A stretch of DNA of 64,000 nt from Deltaproteobacteria bacterium (GTDB lineage: Bacteria > Desulfobacterota > Dissulfuribacteria > Dissulfuribacterales > UBA3076). The notes below the pieces were generated by a model that was not told where the DNA came from, searched no databases, and worked only from the letters and a program-made list of their open reading frames with translations. The DNA lies in contig JAGYNZ010000005.1 in the NCBI GenBank assembly GCA_018399745.1, forward strand, positions 23,765 through 87,764, written 5' to 3'. This document shows, in pieces, positions 1-8,230 of this stretch; position 1 is the stretch's first letter; each line of letters starts with the position of its first letter. The position numbers and the translations under genes are program-made.

Positions 1-1
1 A

Positions 2-766
2 GCCACTGAGGCCGGTTGTCCTCTGGCAGTAAAAGGTGAGACCCTGGGAGAGGCCGCGGAGATCTCGGAACAGTTGCAAAAGGCAGGACTGAAAGACCTT
101 GTCCTGGACACCGGCGCCAGGACCCTAAGGGCCGCCTTTGAAGATCACGTGGCCATACGCAGGGCCTCTATTAAACACAAGTATAAGGCCCTTGGGTTTC
201 CAACCATCTTTTTTGCGTGTGAGATGACCCGGGACCCTCTTCTGGAGACAATGATTGCATCGGTTATGCTGGCCAAGTATGCCGGCATAATAGTCCTTTC
301 CGATCTGCAGGGAGATACCCTGTTCCCGCTTCTGCTCGAGCGACTCAACCTCTTTACCGATCCTCAGCGGCCTATGGTGGTCGAGGAGGATATCTATCCA
401 ATAAACGGGCCGGACGAGAATTCTCCCGTACTTATTACATGCAACTTTTCTCTGACGTACTTTATCGTTTCAGGAGAAGTTGAGGCCAGCAAAGTCCCTT
501 CCTGGCTCTTAATCAAAGATACAGAAGGTCTTTCAGTGCTTACCGCCTGGGCCGCAGGAAAATTCAGTGCGGATCTGATAGGTGTGTTTATCAAAAAATC
601 AAATATAGAAGACAGGATCAAACACAGAATTCTTATTATCCCAGGATATCTTGCATCTATAAAAGGTGAGCTGGAGGAAGAGCTTCCGGACTGGAAGATC
701 CAGATCGGCCCCAGAGAGGCAAGCCATATACCACCATTTCTGAGGGATTGGCAGTCTGAGGTGTAG
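2..766 (+). CDS. acsC: Corrinoid iron-sulfur protein large (gamma) subunit of acetyl-CoA synthase complex, 5'-truncated by window edge
   Basis: Frame open from position 2. Motifs KYAGIIVLSD, NLFTDPQRP, PVLITCNFSLTYF, DTEGLSVLTAWAAGKF and GPREA are typical of the AcsC/CdhE C-terminus. Followed by acsE. Confidence 0.93.
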   Translation, partial: ATEAGCPLAVKGETLGEAAEISEQLQKAGLKDLVLDTGARTLRAAFEDHVAIRRASIKHKYKALGFPTIFFACEMTRDPLLETMIASVMLAKYAGIIVLSDLQGDTLFPLLLERLNLFTDPQRPMVVEEDIYPINGPDENSPVLITCNFSLTYFIVSGEVEASKVPSWLLIKDTEGLSVLTAWAAGKFSADLIGVFIKKSNIEDRIKHRILIIPGYLASIKGELEEELPDWKIQIGPREASHIPPFLRDWQSEV

Positions 767-768
767 TC

Positions 769-1659
769 ATGTATGTCCAATGCATAGCTGAAAGTATAAA
801 TATTATGGGTACACGGATAGGAAAGGCCATGAAAGAGCGGGATCCAGAGCCGATCAAGGTGATGGCCAATGAAGAGGTGGCGGACGGGGCGGATTTTCTG
901 GATCTGAACATTGGGCCTGCCAGAAAAGAAGGGCCTGAGTTGATGCCCTGGATGGTCAATATTACGGAGGAAATAACCGATTGCCCCCTTTCCCTTGATA
1001 CTACAAATGCCGATGCATTGATTGCCGGCATGAAGGCAGCCGGAAACCCCCGAAACCACATAATGAATTCGATCTCGCTTCAGCCTGAGAGAATGGAAAA
1101 GCTTATACCTGTAGCTGCTGATACAGGCTGTAGTGTTGTGGGTCTGCTATGGGGAGTTGATGGTATGCCCCGGGATTCCAACGAGCGGGCCGCCATGACT
1201 GTAGACCTGGTCGTGGCCATGAACGAGGCCGGAATCCCAAACGAAAAAATTCTGATAGATCCAATAGCCACCCCGATAACCCTGGGATCAGAACAGGTAA
1301 TGAGCGGGCTGGAATTCATGGGCATGTTGTCTGAAATCGCCCCGGGCGTAAAGTCCACAATAGGCCTGTCAAATGTCTCAAACGGCGTTTCCACTGAGAA
1401 GAGACCGTATCTCAACCGGGCCTTTCTGGCCATGTTGATGAAATATGAAATATGGTCGGCCATTGTCGACACATACGATCATGAGTTAATTAAACTGGCC
1501 CATGGGCAAATGCCTGAACTGCTGAGGCTTGTTCACGATATAATGGATGAAAACGAACCTGATCCAGGCACCCTTTCCCCCAAGGAAACGGAATACTACA
1601 AGACGACTAGAGTCCTGATGGGAAAGACCATATTTTCTGAGTCATGGCTGGAGCTGTGA
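769..1659 (+). CDS. acsE: Methyltetrahydrofolate:corrinoid/iron-sulfur protein methyltransferase (pterin-binding TIM barrel)
   Basis: IAESINIM, DFLDLNIG, PLSLDT, NSIS, IDP and GLSNVSNG motifs; 2 nt after acsC. Confidence 0.88.
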   Translation: MYVQCIAESINIMGTRIGKAMKERDPEPIKVMANEEVADGADFLDLNIGPARKEGPELMPWMVNITEEITDCPLSLDTTNADALIAGMKAAGNPRNHIMNSISLQPERMEKLIPVAADTGCSVVGLLWGVDGMPRDSNERAAMTVDLVVAMNEAGIPNEKILIDPIATPITLGSEQVMSGLEFMGMLSEIAPGVKSTIGLSNVSNGVSTEKRPYLNRAFLAMLMKYEIWSAIVDTYDHELIKLAHGQMPELLRLVHDIMDENEPDPGTLSPKETEYYKTTRVLMGKTIFSESWLEL

Positions 1660-1832
1660 TTGAAAATAATGAATCACCATGTTACATGGATACTGTCATC
1701 GGGTTTCTGAAAGGGGCCATTTTTACGTTTTGACACAATTGAATAGAATGGGGATCTCTTGCCGGAAAAGATGTCTTTTCAGCACAGGTAATCCCTGCTT
1801 GCAGCATAATACGCAAAAGAGGTGAATTTTAA

Positions 1833-2843
1833 ATGGCTAAAGGTATAACTGTTACCGAGTTTATCTTGACCAGACAAAAAGAACAGCCCGAGGCAACAGG
1901 TGCATTTACATCTATTCTGTCAGAGCTGACGGTTGCAGCTAAGATAATAGCGCAAAAGGTAGATAAGGCAAATTTGTCTGATTCCTTAGACACTATGGAG
2001 ACAGAAAGCCTCGGCGAGGCGTTTGTACAAAAATTGCGCGAATATGCCAACTCCACGATTGTAAACCGCCTCAGTCATATAGGACACCTGACTTGTATGG
2101 CCTCAAAGATGAATACCGATTTAATACCGATCCCCAAGGAGTATACAAGGGGCAACTATATACTGATCTTTGATCCTCTGGGTGGTGTCACTAATATTGA
2201 CGTACCTGTTACGATCGGTACGGTCTTCTCAATCCTCAAAAAACAGGGTCCTATGGAATTTGGCTTAATGGCAGAGGCCTTGCAGCCTGGTCATAAACAG
2301 GTAGCAGCAGGGTATTTTATTTATGGATCGAGCAAGATTATGGTCTACACAACTGGAGACGGGGTACATGGCTTTACGCTGCAACCAAGTATCGGCGAGT
2401 TTCTCCTCTCTCATGAAAACATTCGTATACCCAAAAAAAGCAAGACTTACAGCGTTAATGAGGGGAACTATTATTTCTGGGAGGAAAATATCCAGAACGT
2501 TATTGAGTACTTTAAGACGCCGGATATAAAGACTGGCCGTCCTTATACAGCGCGGTATACCGGTTCTTTTGTAACGGATATTCACCGGAATCTACTGAAA
2601 GGCGGGATATATATGTATCCGGCAAACTCAAAGGATCCTTCAAAGCCCCATGGAAAACTGATGCTCACATGCGAAGTCAATCCCCTGGCCTTTATAGTCG
2701 AACAGGCAGGAGGGGCTGCAGGCACCGGGACAGAACGTATACTCGATCTTGAACCACAACATCTTCATCAAAGGGTGCCGGTGTTCATCGGCAGCATAGA
2801 AGATGTGCGGATGGCTGAAAGCATCATTCAGGGTAAGCATTAG
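1833..2843 (+). CDS. fbp: Class 1 fructose-1,6-bisphosphatase homologue, catalytic metal ligands degenerate (probable pseudoenzyme)
   Basis: Full-length FBPase-I fold motifs (IGTVFSI, QVAAGYFIYGS, GVHGFTL, YSVNEGN, RYTGSFVTDIHR, GGIYMYP, EVNPLAFIVEQAGG), but DPLDGSSN reads DPLGGVTN and SEE reads SKM. Confidence 0.85.
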   Translation: MAKGITVTEFILTRQKEQPEATGAFTSILSELTVAAKIIAQKVDKANLSDSLDTMETESLGEAFVQKLREYANSTIVNRLSHIGHLTCMASKMNTDLIPIPKEYTRGNYILIFDPLGGVTNIDVPVTIGTVFSILKKQGPMEFGLMAEALQPGHKQVAAGYFIYGSSKIMVYTTGDGVHGFTLQPSIGEFLLSHENIRIPKKSKTYSVNEGNYYFWEENIQNVIEYFKTPDIKTGRPYTARYTGSFVTDIHRNLLKGGIYMYPANSKDPSKPHGKLMLTCEVNPLAFIVEQAGGAAGTGTERILDLEPQHLHQRVPVFIGSIEDVRMAESIIQGKH

Positions 2844-2884
2844 GAAAAGAATTTAGGACTAAGGATCTTATAACTTATAATTGT

Positions 2885-3358
2885 ATGGATATTGAAAGAC
2901 TAAATAAGATACTTGCAGTTTTTGAAGGAGAACAGGGAGGATTAATCTCCATCTTGCAGAGGGTTCAGGAGGAGTTTGGTTATCTGCCCGAGGTCGCATT
3001 ATACTCAATTGCAAATTTTTTGAAGTTGTCGCCGAGTCAGGTATTCAGCGTAGCAACGTTCTATGACCATTTCTATCTGACGCGCCGGGGTGACCATTTA
3101 GTCTCCGTATGCCAGGGGACTGCCTGTCATGTATTAGGCGCACGCGATATCCTGGAAACAGCGGAAAAGTGCCTCGGCATCAAGACAGGTCAGACGACCC
3201 CGGATTATAAATACAGTCTAAAACGGGTTGCCTGTCTTGGATCATGTGCCTTGGCTCCGGTTGTCATTTTAGATGACCAGGTGCATTCGAGAATGACAGT
3301 GAGAAAGGTTAAAAAATTACTAACAGAAGACCTCGATAGGACTGACCCACAGACATGA
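2885..3358 (+). CDS. nuoE: NuoE/HydC-like [2Fe-2S] subunit of NAD(H)-linked formate dehydrogenase complex
   Basis: LISILQRVQEEFGYLP, VATFY, CQGTACH and CLGSCALAP thioredoxin-like 2Fe-2S motifs. Confidence 0.9.
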   Translation: MDIERLNKILAVFEGEQGGLISILQRVQEEFGYLPEVALYSIANFLKLSPSQVFSVATFYDHFYLTRRGDHLVSVCQGTACHVLGARDILETAEKCLGIKTGQTTPDYKYSLKRVACLGSCALAPVVILDDQVHSRMTVRKVKKLLTEDLDRTDPQT

Positions 3359-3389
3359 TTTCGCTCAAAATTTTCTTCGCCGTAGAGAT

Positions 3390-5318
3390 ATGAAAAAATC
3401 GATCTCAATACCATCAATAAAAAACTACAGAATAGATAGTGTGGAGTCGTTGAGACGCCTGAGGGAGATCCTTGTTGCCGGTGAACAGACAACCGGCAAA
3501 TTTGTCAATGTCTGCTGTGGAAGCGGGTGTATATCGTCCGGGAGTGAACATGTCAGGGAGGCCTTTGTCAGTGGAATCAAGGGGCATGAACTTGAAGATG
3601 AGATAAAGGTCAAAAAGACAGGTTGTCACGGATTTTGCGAGAGGGGTCCGATTGTGGTTGTGGGCCCAAAGAATATATTTTACCAGCACGTAACAAAAGA
3701 GGATGTGCCGGAAATCATTTCCGAGACATTGCTTGAAGATCGAGTGGTTGAAAGGCTCTTATATGAAGATCCCGTTACCGGTCAAAAGTGCCTTCATGAA
3801 AATGATATTCCTTTTTACAGGAAACAGAAAAGGATTGTGCTGAAGAATTGCGGTCTCATAGATCCTACCAGCATTGAAGACTATATAAAAGTCGATGGTT
3901 TTCAGGCGCTTGCCAAAATTCTGTCTCACATGACTCCTGAAGAAGTCATTGGAGAGATCAAACTCAGCGGTCTGCGAGGAAGGGGAGGTGCAGGGTTCCC
4001 AACCGGTATCAAGTGGGAAACAGCACGCAATGCCTCTGGTGAAGAAAAGTACATCATCTGTAACGGCGATGAGGGTGATCCGGGTGCCTTTATGGACCGA
4101 AGCGTTATGGAAGGAGACCCCTACAGCGTTATTGAAGGGATGATGATCGCCGGTTATGCCGTTGGGGCCTCTCAAGGGATCATATATGTGCGTGCTGAAT
4201 ATCCGCTGGCTGTCCATCATCTGTCCACGGCCATCGCTCAAGTTACTGATCTGGGGCTTCTCGGGCGCAATATCATGGAAAGCGGGTTTGATTTTGAAAT
4301 CAAGATCGTAAAGGGGGCGGGCGCATTTGTGTGTGGAGAAGAAACAGCACTTATCGCCTCCATCGAAGGTAAAAGCGGCCGGCCAAAACCAAAACCCCCC
4401 TTCCCCGCCATACAGGGGCTGTGGGGCAAACCTACGGTCATAAATAACGTGGAGACAATGGCAAACGTGTCCAGAATCATCCTGAATGGTCACGAGTGGT
4501 ATTCCGGAATAGGCACCCCCACTGACAAAGGGACCAAGATATTCTCGCTCGTGGGAAAGGTCCGGAATGTAGGCCTCGTCGAAGTGGAGATGGGTACGAC
4601 GCTTCGCGAAATCATCTTTGACATAGGCGGTGGGATCCAGGGAGGAAAGCGTTTCAAGGCAGTCCAGACAGGCGGGCCTTCCGGCGGATGTATTCCTGAA
4701 GAACTTTTGGATTTGCCAGTTGGGTATGAATCACTGGCCAAGGCTGGTTCGATCATGGGCTCCGGGGGTATGCTCGTTATGGATGAGGACACGTGTGTTG
4801 TAAATATAGCCCGCTACTTCCTCGATTTTGCTCGAAATGAATCATGCGGTCAGTGTACTCCATGCAGGCTCGGTACAAAGCAGATGTTCAAGATTCTGCA
4901 GGACATTACAAGAGGAAAGGGAAGGCCAGGGGATATCGAGATCCTGCTCGAACTGTCTGATGCAGTTAAGCATGGCTCCATTTGCGGTCTTGGAATGACA
5001 GTGCCTAACCCGGTATTGTCTACCATACGCTATTTTCGCAAGGAATATGAAGAACACATCCTTGAAGGTCGCTGCCGGGCCCTTGTCTGCAGATCACTGA
5101 TTTTCTATCGTATCAAGGACTACAGGTGCAAGGCCTGCTTAAAATGTCTTCAGGCTTGTCCGGTTGACGCCATTATAGGCGCGAAATGGCAGGTACACGA
5201 GATTGACCAGAGTAAGTGTATCAAATGCGGGACCTGCATGCAGGTCTGTCCTCCACGATTCAGCGCAGTGGAATGTGTTACAGGTCTGATAGAAGGCTCG
5301 GGTGATAAGAGTGAGTAG
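3390..5318 (+). CDS. nuoF: NuoF/HydB-like FMN/NAD-binding subunit with N-terminal 2Fe-2S domain and C-terminal 2x[4Fe-4S]
   Basis: TGCHGFCERGP, SGLRGRGGAGFPTG, GDEGDPGAFMDRS, GAFVCGEETAL, GGPSGGC, ESCGQCTPCR, CKACLKC..CP and CIKCGTC..CP. Confidence 0.92.
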   Translation: MKKSISIPSIKNYRIDSVESLRRLREILVAGEQTTGKFVNVCCGSGCISSGSEHVREAFVSGIKGHELEDEIKVKKTGCHGFCERGPIVVVGPKNIFYQHVTKEDVPEIISETLLEDRVVERLLYEDPVTGQKCLHENDIPFYRKQKRIVLKNCGLIDPTSIEDYIKVDGFQALAKILSHMTPEEVIGEIKLSGLRGRGGAGFPTGIKWETARNASGEEKYIICNGDEGDPGAFMDRSVMEGDPYSVIEGMMIAGYAVGASQGIIYVRAEYPLAVHHLSTAIAQVTDLGLLGRNIMESGFDFEIKIVKGAGAFVCGEETALIASIEGKSGRPKPKPPFPAIQGLWGKPTVINNVETMANVSRIILNGHEWYSGIGTPTDKGTKIFSLVGKVRNVGLVEVEMGTTLREIIFDIGGGIQGGKRFKAVQTGGPSGGCIPEELLDLPVGYESLAKAGSIMGSGGMLVMDEDTCVVNIARYFLDFARNESCGQCTPCRLGTKQMFKILQDITRGKGRPGDIEILLELSDAVKHGSICGLGMTVPNPVLSTIRYFRKEYEEHILEGRCRALVCRSLIFYRIKDYRCKACLKCLQACPVDAIIGAKWQVHEIDQSKCIKCGTCMQVCPPRFSAVECVTGLIEGSGDKSE

Positions 5319-8115
5319 CGTTTCTTTGAACATAAACGGAATTACGGTAATGGCCGATGAAGGTGCTACGGTCCTCACGGCGGCCCAGGATGCAGGTATC
5401 TATATCCCTGCCCTGTGCCATTGTCCTGATGTATCATCCCAGGGCGTATGTCGTCTGTGTCTGGTCAGGATCGAAGGCCGCAGAAGACCTGAACCGGCCT
5501 GCCGGACCATTATAGAAGAGGGGATGGTGGTTTTTACGGACGATCCTGAAATCGAACGATTGCGCCGGGTGATTCTTGAACTCATTCTGAGTGATCATGA
5601 TTTTAACTGCCTTCTGTGTCCAAAGAGCGGGCAGTGCCGCCTGCAGGAACTGGTGAACCGTATTGGTTTCGATGAGCATAGGTTCAGTCGCTTAGAGCAT
5701 ACGGCCAAAGACCTTCCTATTGATACCAGCAACCCGTTTTTTGATTTCAATCCCAACAAGTGTGTCCAGTGCACCATATGCGTCCGTACCTGTCATGAGA
5801 TTGCAGGTATTGACGCAATCGACATGGCATATCGGAGTGACAACCTCAGGGTCAGTACATTTGCCAACAAACCCCTCAAAGACTCTGTCTGTGTGTCTTG
5901 CGGCGAATGTATGGAGCGTTGTCCGGTAGGTGCCCTTATACCCAAGAAGTTCAAACATCCGACCCGTGAAGTAAAGACCACCTGTCCATACTGTGGTGTG
6001 GGATGCGGGCTTTATCTCGGGATCCGTGGAAACACCATTGTGAGGGCCAGGGGCGATGATGAAAGCCCTGTTAACCATGGAGGCCTGTGTGTTCGCGGGC
6101 GCTTTGGTTACGACTTCGTTAATAGTCCGGACAGGCTGTCTCTTCCACTTATGCGTGCTTACGATGAATATGCACAGCCGTCCTCTGTAGTTGAAATGAA
6201 CGAAGAAGGCAGACCGATTACATTGCCCCTTGTAAAGAGAGAAGGAAAGTTTGTGGAGATTACCTGGGACCAGGCAATCAGATATGTGGCCAGCAGTCTG
6301 GCCCATTACAAAGGAGATGAGATCGCCGCCATTTCTTCTGCCAGATGCACCAATGAGGAGAATTACCTGTTTCAAAAGTTCACCAGGGTGGCCCTGGAAA
6401 CCAATAATATCGACCACTGCGCCCGTCTCTGACACGCGCCGACGGTGGCCGGTCTGGCCGCCAGTTTCGGCAGCGGTGCCATGACGAACTCCATTAACGA
6501 GATCAGCGAGGCGGCCTGCATCTTTGCCATTGGGACCAATACTACTGCTAATCATCCGATTATAGGCAGACAGGTGACCAGGGCTGTACAAAAGGGTGCA
6601 AGGCTTATTGTGGCGGATCCCAGGCGAATACCTCTGTGCCGTTTAGCCGATATCTGGCTCAGGCTCCGTCCGGGAACCGATATAGCACTGATTAACGGGA
6701 TAATGAGGGTCATTATCGAAGAAAATCTTATGGATACAGCCTTTATCGAGGAACGATGTGAAGATTATGAGGCATTTGAGGCATCCATTATGGAGCATGA
6801 TCTGGCAGCCGCTGAAAAAATTACCGGTGTTTCCGCACAGGACATAGTGAGAGCAGCCAGAATGTATGGCTCTATTGCACCTGCAACCATTCTGTATACC
6901 CTTGGTATTACTGAGCATTCGCACGGGACGGATAATGTCCGGGCCCTGGCCAACCTGGCCCTGCTTACAGGTAATATAGGTAGGCCTTCAACCGGCGTAA
7001 ATCCCTTAAGAGGACAGAATAACGTTCAGGGTGCCTGTGATATGGGGGCGCTTCCCAACGTTTACACCGGTTATCAGGAGGTGGAGAATGAAGAGGTGCG
7101 GATAAAATTTGAAAGGGCATGGAATTGTAAGCTCAGTCCTTCAAACGGGCTCAAAATGACCGAGATGTTTGACGCAGCCCACGAGGGCCGGATTAAGGCC
7201 CTCTACCTGAAGGGCGAAGACCCTGTAGTCACGGACGCGGATACCACTTTCATCGAAAAGGCCATATCGCACCTGGAGCTGTTTATCGTGCAGGATATTT
7301 TCCTTACAGAGACAGCGAGGTTGGCGGATGTTGTGCTTCCGGCCGCCAGTTTTGCCGAAAAAGATGGCACCTTTACAAACACCGAACGCCGGGTGCAAAG
7401 GATCCGCAAGGCAATAGAGCCCAGAGGTAATTCACGTCCAGACTGGATGATCATATGTGATATTGCAAGAAGCATGGGGGTTGAGGGTTTTGATTTTGAC
7501 AATACTCAAGAAATTTTTGAGGAGATGCGCGTCCTGACTCCGAGTTACTCGGGTATCAATTATGAGCGTATTGAGAAATCCGGCATCCAATGGCCTTGCC
7601 CGGATAATGAACACCCGGGGACCCCTTATCTGTATAGCGAACGTTTCAATACATCGAGCGGACGCGCAAAATTCGCGCCTGTTTCTTACCGCCCTTCGGC
7701 AGAGACTACCAGCCACGAGTATCCTTTTATCCTTATTACAAGGCGAAGCGCCTTCCATTATCACGCGGTTATGACGCATAAGGCTGAAGGCTTTGATGAA
7801 CTTCGTAAGGAGGAGCGTATTGAAATACATCCGACCGATGCGGCTACCCTGGAGATCCAGGATGGTGAAGTCATAAAAGTGAGCTCAAGGAGAGGGAGTG
7901 TAAAGGCTAAGGCAAATATAACAGAAGTTGTGCCTGCCGGTGTGGTGTGCATGACCTTTAATTTTGCCGAGACCAGGACAAATATCCTGACCAACAGGGC
8001 ACTGGACCCTGTTGCCAAGACACCTGAATTCAAGGTATGTGCAGTCAAAATCGAACGGGAAGAATCTGCATATATTACGAAAGACTATATCAGATGGGGT
8101 ACAGGGAAAAGTTGA
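5302..8115 (+). CDS. fdhF: Selenocysteine-containing formate dehydrogenase alpha subunit (NuoG-like Fe-S N-terminus + Mo/W-bisPGD domain); UGA at 6430-6432 read as Sec
   Basis: ORFs 5302..6432 and 6445..8115 are in the same frame and join as DHCARL-U-HAPTVAGLAASFGSGAMTN. Also CPYCGVGC, PLRGQNNVQGACDMG and TPEFKVCAV motifs, and a SECIS hairpin after the UGA. Start may be 5311. Confidence 0.93.
6433..6462 (+). promoter_or_regulatory. Bacterial SECIS element
   Basis: 11 nt after the UGA, stem GGTGGCC (6444-6450) / GGCCGCC (6456-6462) closes a GGTCT loop. This matches the spacing and GGU loop of the E. coli fdhF-type SECIS. Confidence 0.88.
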
Positions 8116-8116
8116 T

Positions 8117-8158
8117 TTGAAACTTGAAATTAGAAATTGGGAAAAACAAATTTTCAGT
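8117..8158. repeat. Collapsed heptamer inverted-repeat element (GAAAYTD array / CAAATTTTCAG)
   Basis: TTGAAACTTGAAATTAGAAATTGGG directly after the fdh stop, followed by complementary CAAATTTTCAGT. Same left arm as the elements at 10812 and 56296. Confidence 0.6.
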
Positions 8159-8230
8159 AAAGATGTCGAATTTTCATTTGAATTTGTGAACGGTTAAACA
8201 TAAATCTATAAAAGGAAGGGATTAGCATCT

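Noticed and set aside
1677..1689. Palindrome CCATGT-T-ACATGG after acsE as an operator
   Set aside because: Single short occurrence with no second copy or recognisable consensus.
5692..6591. Long antisense ORF (299 aa)
   Set aside because: Shadow of fdhA with no recognisable motifs.
5302..8115. fdhA as two genes or a nonsense pseudogene
   Set aside because: The stop is a UGA at the conserved Sec position with a SECIS, and selB is present.
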